DNA of 64,000 nucleotides from Antechinus flavipes (Eukaryota). The notes under the pieces were generated by a model that made no database searches, was not told the DNA's origin, and was given only the letters and a program-made list of their open reading frames with translations. A program made the translations under genes and the position numbers. This document shows, one piece after another, positions 46,290-59,329 of the stretch; the first letter of the stretch is position 1, and the number at the start of each line of letters is the position of its first letter. The stretch covers positions 4,650,001 through 4,714,000 of the forward strand of contig NC_067403.1 in the NCBI RefSeq assembly GCF_016432865.1, given 5' to 3'.

Positions 46290-48480
46290 TTATTACTTTG
46301 TATTAAAAATCTTTGTATTAAAACACTGTGGATACAAAATAAAACCAATAAAAATCCTGCTATGTCTTTGGGGAGAGACAACACACAGTTATATACAAAA
46401 AAAGTACATATGGGACTTATTGAGGATCATCTCAGAGGGTCACCAAGGAGGCCTGCGAAAGGCTTCTTGTAGAGGGTAAAACTATAAATAAGACAAGAAG
46501 GAAGCCAGAGAATCTGGGAGGAGATGAGGGGGCCGGCAGGTCTAAGCATGTAAGGGAAAAAGTGAAGATTTTTGAAGCAAGGAGGTCAAATGTATAGGAA
46601 AATGGATCACAGAGTATTGGTAAGGAAGGGGCTGTTAAAAGGACTTAAAGACTAGACTAGGTTCTGAAGTGCTCTAAAAGTCAAAAGAGGATTTTATATT
46701 TTACTCAAAGCAGTAGGGGTCCCTATGGTTGACTGATTTGGGGGTGGGGCACAGATCACTTTACACATGAGAAAAGATCAGGTGTGGGGAGACACCTGAA
46801 GAGAGGAGAGCAACCAGAAGGTTACTGTAGTATCATAGATATGAGGTGATGACAGCCTGTACCAGTGGGGCGACAAGTGCAGAGAATAAAAGGGAACATG
46901 TAAACAAAATATTATACAAACAGGATCAATGAGCCTTGAGATTAGATATGAGAAATGATTGAAAGTGAGAAGTCAATAATGACATATAGGTTGTAAATTT
47001 AAGTGACTGAAAGAATGGGGGCATCCTCCATATTCAGAAGGATAGGAAAAAAGGAAGATCCAGGGGGAAGAAAAGGTCACTTATAAACACGTTGAGTTTC
47101 CCAGGTCTAGGTTCACAAGATGCCTAATTGAAGATGTCAAGGGTTGTTGTTGTTCTTTTTGTTTGTCCTTCATTTCCGAAGAGGACCACAGCATGGGGAG
47201 GTGATATCATGATGTGCAAGTGAATCAGATTACAGGGAGGGAAGAGTGGGCAAGGCTACCTGCCTCACTTTCCCCTCCACAGCCATCTGGGTCCAGTGGC
47301 CAGAGATAGGTCAGGATGACTAGAGATGGTTGGAGATGTGAGACAAGAGTTTGGGACTCCTCTGGATAACTGCATCCTTGGAGCCTTTGAGACTGACAAG
47401 TAAAACACTATAACGTAAGAAGAGAAGAGAGAGCCTGGACAGCTTGGGGGAACACACATGCAGCAAATGGACGTGAGTTTGATGAATAACCGGCAAAGAG
47501 AGATTTAGAAGAAATAATCAGACAAGTAGGAGAAGAAGCAGGAAAGAGCACAATCTTGAAAATCTAGAGAGAAGAGAATGTCTAATACAAGAGGGTGACC
47601 AGCAATGTCAAAGGTGCAGAGATCAAAATGAATGAGGATCGAGAAAAGGCCATCAGAGCAGCCGATTACCTCTCATTGATAACACAAAATGATCAGGTTG
47701 TTGACTTGATCTTTAGAAACCACTCTACAGAATGTTAAGAGGAGAGTGATTTTGGAAAGGAAGGGCAAGCATGAGTCTCCGCTGACCTGCCTGAGGAGTT
47801 CGCTACAAGAAGAAAGATAGAGGGTGGAGAGACAAAAGACTATAGCTAATGGGAAAGGTCAGATCAAGTCAGGGGGGGTTGAGGATGGGGGAGAGATGGC
47901 CATGTTTGTAGGTGATAAGAGTAGAAATGGGAAGATTAATCTGAGTGAGATGAGAGAGGGCAAATTTGCTGAAGAAGACAAAATGGCCCAACTCCTGTGA
48001 GAAGATACTGAAGAAGAGATAGTTCTAGAAGGCTTGTAAATGATGGGAGATGAGGAAGAGGAGAGGAGTGGGAACTGCAAGATAATATTTTCATTTTTTC
48101 AGTGAAATATGGAGAACGGTCATCAGTTGAGAAGGCAAAGGAAGGAAAAGCATCAGAGGTTACAGAAGGGATGCAAAAGCTTCAAAAAAGCTACTGTTGT
48201 AAATAGGGATGAATGATTGGGAGCTGTAAATGCCTTGCCTTGGGAGGGCCCAGTTGATATGATGCCATATAAATCTGTAGTGTACCAAGTGGCCGTAATT
48301 TGCAGCAGAATGTGGACAGGAGTGAAGGCAATAGATGATGGGAATAATCCAAGGCTGGGATATGGAAGGAAAAGCTCTTCAGTAGATTATAATGGCAAGA
48401 GACTAGAGAGAAGTGGACAATATGGAGTTGAGAAAGTTCATCAAGCAATCAAGAGGGGGAAGAAAGGAGAGAAGATCCGA
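46290..48480 (-). mobile_element. Long LINE-2 remnant (about 2.2 kb including an inserted SINE)
   Basis: Purine-rich plus strand with typical reverse-L2 text (AACACTGTGGATACAAA; GTCAATAATGAC; CAATGTCAAAGGTGCAGAGATCAAAATGAATGAGG). Confidence 0.75.
47130..47460 (-). mobile_element. RTE-associated marsupial SINE (WALLSI/MAR4-like) inserted in L2
   Basis: GTTGTTGTTG...TTTGTCCTTCATTTCCGAAGAGGACC...GCCATCTGGGTCCAGTGGCCAGAGATAGGTCAGGATGAC. Confidence 0.75.
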
Positions 48481-48619
48481 CTTCTTGTTGTTTTCTGAGT
48501 TAATTTTAAACTTCTCAGTCTGACCTATAATCCTGTGTCACTTTGGGTTCTTGTTTCACAGGATCTGTTTGCATATTATATAAGATCCAATCAAAAGGGA
48601 GCCTAAGCCTTGAAAAGTT

Positions 48620-48980
48620 CCCACTTTTGACTACATCTATGCCATTGCTTATATTCCTCCTCATACCTGGACTATTCTTTCTTCCTCTTCTGTGGAGTTC
48701 TTAAACATTTTTTAAAGTTCCAATCAAAGGATATTTTCACTGGGAAGTCTCCTTTTATTGTCCTTGTTCTTTGTAAAATGCTTTGTTTTTCAGGTGGGAC
48801 ATATTTATTGTGCATATTGTATATTAGATTACTGTGTTTTTGTATCAACTCCCTCTATGCTATAATTTCCCACTGGACTTGGAGGATGTCATATCTCAAT
48901 ATCCCATCTCCACCAGCATTTAGCACAATATCTTCCCCACAGTACGTACTTCACAAATGTTTGGTAAATGTATTTGAAAG
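48620..48980 (+). mobile_element. LINE-2 3' end
   Basis: CCAGCATTTAGCACAAT...TACTTCACAAATGTTTG. Confidence 0.65.
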
Positions 48981-49069
48981 TCAAGTTCTCAAATTAAGAC
49001 AACAGTTATGTAATGTTTCTTGATTGCTTCCTTCTAGGATACACGTAGGATTAATCAATTTCTTCAAGT

Positions 49070-49520
49070 GATTATAGGATCTTAGCATTTTTCAGAAACT
49101 TCAGAATTCAACTTGATCACTTCACAGAGAAGGAAATTGAGTTCCACTGAAGTTTAGCAACTTGGCTAATATCATATGACTAGTTATTGCTAAAGCAAAA
49201 ACTGGAATCTAGAACCCTGACTCCCAGTATGGGATATCTTCCACTAGTCCAGTCTTTTTCCTTATAATGAAAAGAATATCAAGGAAGTATCTCTGCCTAT
49301 TCTTTTCTTCATGGCAATCAAATACTGTGGGAAAGAATGCTGGACTTGCCAATGCCTGGCTTTGACACTTGCTGACTATGTCATTTTGGGCAAGCTGAAA
49401 ACTTTCTGAGTCTCAATTTCTTCATCCTCAAAAGCTGAATGATCCTGCATATACTTTCCAGGACTGGGGTGAGGAAAAAATGCTATGAAGGGGGAAATAT
49501 TTTGTAAAACACTATATAAA
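49070..49520. mobile_element. Divergent pair of MIR-type SINEs (minus about 49070-49245, plus about 49320-49520)
   Basis: CACTTCACAGAGAAGGAAATTGAG...CCTGACTCCCAG in reverse; CTCAATTTCTTCATCCTCAAAAG...TTTGTAAAACACTATATAAA forward. Confidence 0.8.
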
Positions 49521-50846
49521 AGTCAGATGTTGTTGTTGTCTTCCCAGAAGGCCAGGATTAAATTTTTATTTGTTTTTTTGTTTGTTTTGTTTTGTTTTCT
49601 GTTCTCCTAGTTCTTTCTGTATCTGGGATTCTAAATGAGTAGAAATGTGTTTATCTGTTATCTTGGGAAAAGTAACATGTAGAAAGAGAAATCCTAGCTC
49701 ATAGCCCTAATTTTACAGAAGTAAACATGGAGGCCTGGGAAGATCAAAGGGCTTGCCCATCTCTGTGGGCAAAACAGGGTACACTTGCACTGAGGGCTTT
49801 TGACTCCAGAGCTTGGCTGGTTTCCTATGATCGGCTTCAGCAAGGGGGCAGCCTGTTCTCCATATGGTTTAGAAAACGTGACCTTTCAAGATGTTTGGCA
49901 TCAGCTCTGATTCTCTCCTTGGGCTGGAAGTTAATGCATGTTGCTTTGGTTCCAAGTTTGAAAACAATCCGTGCTGATTTGAAGAGGATCGACCGTAGCT
50001 GTCAACGTAAATGGCAGTGCAGGTGTGCTTGATGTCTGCCCAAGATGTGCAGTTGGCATTAGCATTCATCACAGGAGTTAATTGGGAAGATGCTGACACT
50101 CCCGAGCTTGGGTAATCATGGATTATGGGAAAAGGTTCCTGGAAAACTCACTCCTTTGATCACAAATCCATGCTGGCAATTCTGTTATCTTGACTGGATT
50201 GCACCAATAAGACAGATACTCTCCTTAAAAGTTGCATTTACTTATTCCCTATCCTGACAAAGTGCAGTCGGGTCCCCAGGATGGGAACAATGTTCCCCCC
50301 AAATCTTGCTTCTCGCTAGTGGAGTAAACCACCACTGGGTTCAAAGGCTTATGCTTGGGCAGGCATCATAAATGGATCATTTAGCCTCACTGGGGCCTCC
50401 TTTTCCTCATCCGTAAGATGAGAATCATTGAACACTTGGCCTCTGAGGTTCTTTTCCTATTCTAGAAATATTATTCCATGAGTGAATTTGGAATAAGAAG
50501 ACTGGAGTTCAGATTCCACTGATTACCACCTAGAAGGGCAATGTTGGGAAAACCACTTAATCCCCAAACTTTTGCTTTGTTCATCTGAATAGTGAAGAAA
50601 ATAACCCTTCCACCTTCCAGTCACTGAATTTCCATAGGAATCCAAAGATCCTGGAATAGGAATCCCACTTCCTTTCATCTCCACCAAGAAACAGCCTTCC
50701 CATTCCACAAAGCTCAAGTCCAATGCTAGTCATCTCTTCCATGATATTTACCCTGGTATTCAGCCAGAAATAAGGCTTGCCCATCTGAACTAGTGATTGT
50801 ATTTCTCTCACAGTTATCATATAATATTCATAGCACCTTGAACAAT

Positions 50847-50982
50847 TATATATATATAAATATGTATATATACATATACATATATATACACATACATGTA
50901 ATATATAATATAGGGTATATGTATATGTTTATATATGTAAATATACATACACATATACCTATACACACATATATAAACATAT
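50847..50982. repeat. (TA/CA)-rich low-complexity tract
   Basis: Direct read; explains ORF 50793..50984. Confidence 0.92.
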
Positions 50983-51249
50983 GATGTGCAAGGTGCTGTT
51001 TATGATACAATAAGAATCTAAGAAGACATGATCCTCACCATGGAAAAATCCATATTCATAGAACCAGAGAGAGTCACAACTGGGAGAACCCTTTTGATTA
51101 ACCCCAACTTGAAAGGACATTGCTTCTACAACACATTTGAGAAAGGGTCATCTAAACTTTTCTTGAAGACTTTCAATGAGGGAAAACTAATTAGCTCCCA
51201 TTCTACTTCTCCATTCCCCTGTTAGAACCTTCTTCCTTATGCTCAGCTG

Positions 51250-53150
51250 AAATCTGCCTCTCAGCAACCATTAAAAACAGCTCTCCATTTTTCCTAATCC
51301 TGCCCTCAGGAGTCACTCAATAGACCTGTTTTGCTCCTTCCTCCTAATCTACTATATAAACTTCAATGGCTCCCTCTCCTCTTTAAGATCAAACAGAAAG
51401 GCATCTTCTTTGGCACTTGAGACCCATTGCTACCTGACGCTTTCCTGTCATTGCAGTTTTCTCCCACCACATTCTCTTCCACGCTCTCCATGCTCTATGA
51501 TGGATCTTGCTGTTCTTTGCACATATCACTCCACCGCCTGAGTCTGTAGCTTTCCCTCATCCCTATAATGTTTCTCTCCTCACTTCTACCTTCTAACTCC
51601 CTCCTTGTTTCCTTTAAGATTCAATTCCCATTTATCCTTTCCTTGACCTCCTTTTTCTTCCCTAACTAATAATAAAAGCTTGCATTTATTGTAGCTCCTT
51701 AAGGATTGCCAAGATAAATCCTGGCAAAAAAATACCTTGAGGTAAATTCTATTATTATCTCCATTTTACAGATGAAGAAAGAGAGAAAAAGGCAGAGGTT
51801 AAGTTCCCCAAAGATAAACAGCTACTAAGAGTATGAGGCTGGATTTAAGCCCATCTTTCTGAATCCAAGTCAGAGGTCTATCCCAGGGCTGCCTAAACTT
51901 CTTCCACTGGAAACCCCTTTTTGCCCAGAAATTTTTGCATGACCTTGGGTAGATAGCTATACCAATAATTTTAATTTCTCCACCCTTTGGTCTATCCAAG
52001 GTACTACCTAACTGGCTTCTTTCTGAAATTATCCTTGTTCTACATGTAACATGTTTTCTCTCTCATATAAAATTAATTCCTTGAGGTCAAGGGTCATGTT
52101 TGTTTTCTTTTCTTTTCTTTATTTTTTTTTCAATGTTTGTATCTCAGGCTTTAGTATAATTCCTGGCATATAAGAAATGCTTAATAAATTTTGCTGCCTG
52201 GCAAACTAACTGATTTCCTGTGGAGAATTTTAAGCCATGAGACATTATTTTTCCTTTCTCTTCCTCTGTCTAGCAAAAGAAAGAAAACAAATTCCTCAAA
52301 TCTATCTGCCCTACTTAATTTTTTCTGCAGAGATCCACTCTCCTATCAACAACTGCCTTTCAGACATTTCACACTGGATGTCCAGGAGACATTCTCAATT
52401 CATGTCTAAAACCAAACTCGATTTTGCTTCCCAAAGTCTTCCTATTTACCTTCTGTATTACTCTAGAGATCACCATAATACTCTGTTCTTTAGGGTCACC
52501 ACTTTGATTCTTCATCTTTCACCTTTTGTCTACTGCCAAAGTCTGTCAATTTTATCTTTGCAATACACTTCCAATATTCCTCCTTTTCTTCTCTGACATG
52601 GATGCATTCTGTTACAGACCTTCATCACCAAAGTAATTTCCCTAAAATGCAAGTACAATGACGCCATCCCCATATTTGACAAATTCTAGTTGTCTCCTTA
52701 TTATCTTCAGGATCAAATAAAAAATCCTCGTTTGACATTCAAAGCCTTTCATAAGCTGGCCCCCAGCTACCTTGCCCCTTGCTCCCCATGCCCTATCCTC
52801 TGATCCAGTGAGACCCTTCTTTTGTTCCATGAATTAGGCACTCCATCTCTCCGTTCTACTCATCTCCTGTGACTGACTGCCATGTCTGTAGGGCTGTCCC
52901 TCCTCTCTTTACTTACCAAGTCTTTTGTATTCATTCAATCCTATCTTTAACTAGAAATAGAAGATGCCCTCTTATGTATTTCTTATCCCATATTTAACTT
53001 ATTTTTACTTATTTATTTGCTTGTTGTCTCCCTTCCACCCCATAGGATTGTGAACTCCTTGAGGCTAGGATCTTTTCCCACCTCTTTTGTATCTCCAGTA
53101 TTTAGGAGAGTGCTTATGGTGTATCAGGTACTTAATAAATGTTAATTGGC
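51250..53150 (+). mobile_element. Series of LINE-2 fragments with interspersed MIR and L2-tail pieces
   Basis: CAGACATTTCACACTGGATGTCC...AATTCATGTCTAAAACCAAACTC; GATCAAATAAAAAATCCTCGTTTGACATTCAAAGCCTTTCATAA; tail GTGAACTCCTTGAGG...TTAATAAATGTT. Confidence 0.85.
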
Positions 53151-53859
53151 TGACAGACAACTATCTACACAACTATATTTCAAACAAGTTCATGGCTGCT
53201 TCAGGTTCATTTTCCACTCTTAAAAATAATTCAGTTGCTCCTGGACCAAAAGTGTTTTAGCTGCATTATACCCATGATATATTTTTAAGGCAATCCATTG
53301 GAATGCAGAGGGGAAAAATAGTTCTAAGGTCAGTGGCCTTGAATTTAAAAATTGGCTCATACGTTAGAGAGAGAGATGGCATTTTATCTTGAACGGAAGC
53401 CTCAGTTTCCTCTTCAATAACATGAGGATACTTATCATGTAGAGCAGTTGTGAGGAGTATGCTTTGTAAATTTCAAAGTACTTTATAAATGCAAGTTATT
53501 ATTTACAGCCTGTGTTTCCTAGCAGTAAGCAGTCAGGGAAAATCAAGTATTCTTTGGCAGCCAAACTGTTTCAGGAATATAAATGGTCCTATGTTCCTGC
53601 CAAACCTAAAAGCCTTAAATGTCCTCGTATATTCACGGGACGAAGCTTTGTGGAGGTGCCAGAGGAGGCCCGCTCAGGTTATTCAAAGACAGAACGGTGG
53701 AATTTGCCCTTTGTCTGCCTTTGATGAATTCGGCTTTACAGAAAGGAGCAACAATTTATTCCTATCAGCAGAAGTAGAAAGTCTCCCTACTTTTCCAGAT
53801 CATAAATGGGAATGGTCTGCATTAGATAAGTCCTTGTTTGTCTGATTCTTCAAAACAAA

Positions 53860-54600
53860 CTAGTGTTTATGCATCTTGAGTATTGTCCAGCCTTCAGTAC
53901 CTTCTACAAGCTGGCCCCAATTTATCTCTCTCAGCTTATGTCCTATTATTTTGTTCACAGGAAGTCTCTACTACAGTCTATTCTCAATAAACTTTCTCCT
54001 GCAGACACCATTGTGAAATGAAGGGTTCTGGGGATAGCTTATGTGGCCCCTTCCCAATTCTGACTTTATGGTTTGCTATCCTTCAGTCCTTCCAGCTCTA
54101 GTATATTGTTTGCTAGGCCCTTCTAGGTCTGGCTTTCTTTGCCCTATAGCCTAAGGCCCTTCTTGGTACGTAAAGAGAGGAGGGACAACTGTCAGCCTTG
54201 TGATCCTATACTCACTGCCTACTTTTGCCATCATTGGAACACGATCCTGTGTTGTTGGCCACTTCATGGAATTTCCTCTCCATATTTCCTGACTGTCTTA
54301 ATGTTAAATGAGAGCCAGTCAAGTTTGCCTTCTTAACCTCCTACTTCCAGTCTTTACCACATTGTTCTCTTACTGGATTGTCTTCCCATGCATGTTTTTA
54401 TCATTCCCATTCTTTAATAAACCTAGATTAAATGCAAGTTCCTTTCCAAAGCCTTCTGTTACCTGGATGTGATCTTTTCCCTCATTCAAATTAACATAAC
54501 TTTGATTTTTCCCTATGTAATTCTGTTCCACTTTGCATTAAACCAATCTGTGCACATATTTTATCTCTTTTTAAAGATTATACACTCATTACTCCAGCAA
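53860..54600 (+). mobile_element. Decayed LINE-2 3' fragments
   Basis: CAGTACCTTCTACAAGCTGGCCCCAATTTATCTCTCTCAGC and TGCAAGTTCCTTTCCAAAGCCTTC; middle part uncertain. Confidence 0.5.
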
Positions 54601-56475
54601 TTAGTATAGGATCTTGAACGTAACATGCAGTTAAACATTTTGAGATATAATGGAAAAGTTGTTAGATTTTTCATCTTCAGCCTTGACTAAGTCCCGCTTT
54701 TGACATTTAATTATGTGACCTTGGTCATACCACTTATCTTCTCTGTGACAATTCTTACATCTGGAAAATGGGTTGCTATCAAGGGGAGAAATGACTTTTT
54801 GAATTTGTAAATATTATTGAAATATACTGTAAAATATCTACTACATAGCTTGTTAAATCAACAACTGGGTGTTTTGTTTTGTTTTTTAACGTTTTGAACC
54901 TTTAAACAACCTCTAAGTAAGAGAATGAGCACAGGTGAGACAATTTCCAGGAGAAAATGTACAACAAAAGTTGTTCCCAATAACTAAAGTTCAACTTTAA
55001 ATGGTGTGCTCTTTGACAAGTCAAGAAAGATCATCATTGGATATCTGCTATGCAGGATGACACACGATGATGAGTGTATATCAGATATTTTCAGTTCTGC
55101 TCGGAATCAATTTTAGAATTTGAGCCATTTCAGTTTTATCCATTTTTCATAAAGGTGCTGTCTTGAAGACCTTAGAGATCTAATTTATCAAAACAGTGAT
55201 TTCTTAACTATCTTGTATTGGCAAGTGTTTTTAAGAAAGTATCTGAGTCCTTCAATCTATAGCATCTTTATGTCAAGAGAATTTAATCTTTTCTATTGGA
55301 TTTGTAAGGAAAGCTTAGAAAAATTTCAAAGTTAGTAAATGTTCCATTTCATTTAATTCAGATCTGAAAGGACGTGAAAATCCATGAATATATAGCAAAT
55401 TCTACTGACCTCTCTCCAGTGTCAACTATTTCCAGAATGGGTCTGAGATCATTACAGATTCATGTCAGACATTTACCTCTTTTACATCTATATTTAGAAA
55501 GTTTTGTATGATGGCAATTTTGGTATCATGCAAGATATAGAACCAAAGAACCATTAAAATGTTAATTCTACTTAATTGCAGAAAAATGGATGATGGCATA
55601 TATACATATATAAAATTTTCTACTCATTTTCTACTATACTTATTTTATGTGACTCATTTTCTCATATAACTAAAAACAATATAATTTTATTTTTGAAATT
55701 TTCCATGTGTGTGTTTGGTCTGTTGCAGACCACAAGATATTTAAAAGTAATGAAAGTAAATGGCATTTATCTTTACTTTCCCTCACTGTGCCTAAAACCT
55801 GTCCCTCAGTGTCTTCAATTGTAACTGTCCTTTCTTCTCCTACACAATTACCTAATATCTGATATTAATTATATATGCTATATGTGGAAAATAAAGATAT
55901 ATGTTTGTATGCAGTAAATTACACATGTATATATACTTGTATCATATATTATATTATCACATACAAATTGTCTACATCAATAGAAGTCAAGCTCTTGAGA
56001 ACACGGAATATTTTATTTTTGTCTCTGTATTCCCAGTGTCAAGCAAAATGCTAGAAATATAGCAGAAGAATAATAAGGATAGATTGATTAATAATGTGCA
56101 AAGTATTATGAAATGGATGGAAATTGCCATAGACTGGACCCATATTTTAAGCTGAAACTTCTTGACTAGGGCAGTTGACAAAGACCAGATTGAGAGAGAT
56201 GCTTACCCAGGAAAAGTTAAGAATCTGAGTATATCTCAAAGATTTAGAAATTAATTATAAGACATGTGAATAGCTAAGTGAAGGAGGCAGAGAGGCAAGA
56301 AGCATGGTATGAATCAGAAGCATGAAATAAGATTATACTCATCATATTCTGGGGAGCAGGTGAAAAATCAAAAGATGAAGTCAGATGCGTAGTCAAATAA
56401 AGTCTGATGTTAGCAAAAGTATTCAAATTCATCATGGAATCTGAGGTAATTTGCCAAATCTGTCATCCCTTGAAA

Positions 56476-56477
<2 letters not shown>

Positions 56478-56525
<48 letters not shown>
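56478..56525. repeat. (TG)24 microsatellite
   Basis: Direct read; explains the VCVC run in ORF 56407..56673. Confidence 0.98.
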
Positions 56526-56528
<3 letters not shown>

Positions 56529-56649
56529 CACTGCTGGAGACAAGCTCCACCTATGCGCTTCCCCTGAATTAGCTGGACAACTCTGTCACCATAATAATTA
56601 TCCTCAGGGAAAACAGCTGTCTCTAAGCAGTTGCAGATGGGCCCATAAA

Positions 56650-56870
56650 ACTCACTCCATAATTAGAACTTAAATTTATTCACAATTTTATGGTTTACAA
56701 ATTGCTTTATCCACATTATTCTATTTCATCCTCAAAAATGATCTTATGAGGTTGAATGAATACTATCATTCCCATTTTATATGTGAGAGGACTGAGGCAT
56801 GGGGTGATAAAATGACAAGGTCAGCACTATAGTTAGCAAAGGAAATAGCTGAGACTGATAACAGCTCTGA
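56650..56870 (-). mobile_element. MIR-type core-SINE
   Basis: TTTACAAATTGCTTTATCCAC...CCCATTTTATATGTGAGAGGACTGAGGC. Confidence 0.85.
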
Positions 56871-59329
56871 ATGAAACCACATTGTTTTTATTTCAGCATG
56901 TATTAATTTAAATGAATTTAAATAAAATGGATATTCTCAAACTGAGGGGGAGCAGGAGAAATAAACAGATTTTCTTCACCCTGTTACTTAAAATTTCTCT
57001 TTCTTAAATTTGAGTTGGGTTCTTAACTTTGGAGATATGGAAGTAGGATTCTGATGTTGCTTTGAATACTAATTCTATGAACTCCATTGATCCTTGGTTT
57101 CCTCATCTATAAACCAAATAAATGTTACCTTTACTACCTATCTTCAGCATAAAGCAGAAGGATTTTGAAAAAAAAATAAAATGCTATAAATGCAATATAT
57201 TCATGTGAATATACACATATTTTTAAATATTAGTATAAATTGGGAATGTATTTTAACCCAGATCAACATTGAATAAAATATGACTGCTTCTAAAATCTGT
57301 ATTATTTTTTCTACATGTTTGTATAGATTAGATAGAGATTCATAAGGATCTGTCTGTGGCTATATATTCTTTCCCTTTCAATGTGTTCTCATTTTAGAGT
57401 GTCACATACATGGATATCTACAAATATGTATACATATCCTAAAATGAAATCACTTATATATGCACATTAATCCTGTATTCAGATTTTATTCAAGTTAAAT
57501 TTGAAGATAAAATAAGCCCTATATATTGACCAATATGCTATGATCCTTTTGTGATTCTGGCACTCGATGCTTGCCAGCATATCATCTTCACATTTGAAAG
57601 GAATTGCTGAGGATGCAATGCAGCAATTTCTCCCTTACTTATAGCTTATTGTTTCCATGATATAGTGCTTATTCAGAACAAGAGCAGAGAAGTGGAAAGC
57701 TTAGTTCTTTATAGCTCCAGTGTGTCATGCACATTTAATTAGTAGCAAAAATAGAAATATGCATTTAGCTCCTTACTCAGCAAAAATTGCAAAGACATCC
57801 GATTCTTAGCACCAGAGAAGAAAAGATTGACATTTTGACAAGGTCTGCTTTGAGAAACTAGCAAGCACAAAATGATGGCTAAGGTAAATTATCCTTCTAA
57901 TTGTCAACTGATATTTAAGTGGGTCAACCACAAATAAGGATAGAAATTGAACTGGATTTAAGAAATGCTCATTACCAGGAATAATAAGAATGAGTTCAGT
58001 GATATTTAGGTTAGATGACAAAAAACATATTTAGACTGGGATATGACACAAGTTTCAAAAGTGGAACCCAAAAGGGTGAATAACTCAATGATGCTTCTAA
58101 TGCATCATGGACTGTGGAACTAGGAAGTCTGAGATTTGTAGATCTCAAATAGTCAGCTGACCACCAAAAAGGCTGTCCAGATCTGTTCCATCTTAGTTGG
58201 TTAGCAACTGGTGACCTGCTCCTCCCATTGTTGGATGAGAACAAAAGAAAAGACTTATGAAAGGTTAATGGTTTGCCAGAAAGAATGAAAATTTCATTGG
58301 GAGGCATTGGAGTGGAAAGAATAATCTAGTTGGCTCTTAGAACCTAATTCCAAATCTCAATAGTTCTCCTCCCTATCAGTGTGCTTTAGACAAGCTGTTG
58401 TTTTTTTCTCTCTGTAAAATAAGGGAGATGTTCTATGTGATCATTAAGATCCTTCCCAAACTCCAAATCTTAGGTTCTTAAGAAATTAAGGAGGAAGGAA
58501 GGCAAAGGAAGGAAAAGAAATGTTTTTTTTAAGAAAACAGAAGGAAAAATCCAAACCCTGACACTAATTTGATATGACCTTGAAAAAATAATTTCCCTCT
58601 TGGGGACTCAATTTTCTTCTCTGAAAAATGCTGGACTGAAATGGGATTATTTCCAAGATCTTTGCTGATGAAACATATTCCTCAGAATATGTGATTCTAG
58701 GATGCATAATTCCCTAAGGAAAATGCCTGATCATCAAGTAGAGTGAAAGGTACAGTTTTTTTTTTCTTTAAGTTTTCCTTTCTATTTCCTTTCATTGTTA
58801 CTTTTTACATCTTTAAAATAGGAATTGAAATCCTATCTCAGGTGGCTTCAATGGGAGGCTATTGTCTTTTATAAGCCGTACGTTTTAATTTTTCCTTGCA
58901 CACTCTGTCAGTCCTAACTCAGTCCAACCCCATTATTCAGGCTCAGGGTTAAAATATAACAAGACATTCATGGACCACAAAATGTAATAAAATCATTTAC
59001 TTAGATTGATTCAAAATGACACCATTCCTAAAATTCAAAGGATACTGCCTAAAATGAAAGAGCATCCCCTCTGTGTCTGCATTCAATATGGCAATTAGCC
59101 ATGTACCAGGTCAAAAATTCATTCCTAGACCAAAGGATAGATAATCATATTAAAATTTCCGACACAAATTCCACAAGTGGGGTCTTTAATGCTTCACTCG
59201 ACATAATTATCCCCAAAATGATATTCCTGCCCACGTAAAGGAAAATGAATCAGCCCACATAACGTTGGTTTTGTCTTACCACACATGTGATAATAATAAT
59301 AATAATAAAAGTAAAGTGACAGTTCTAAA

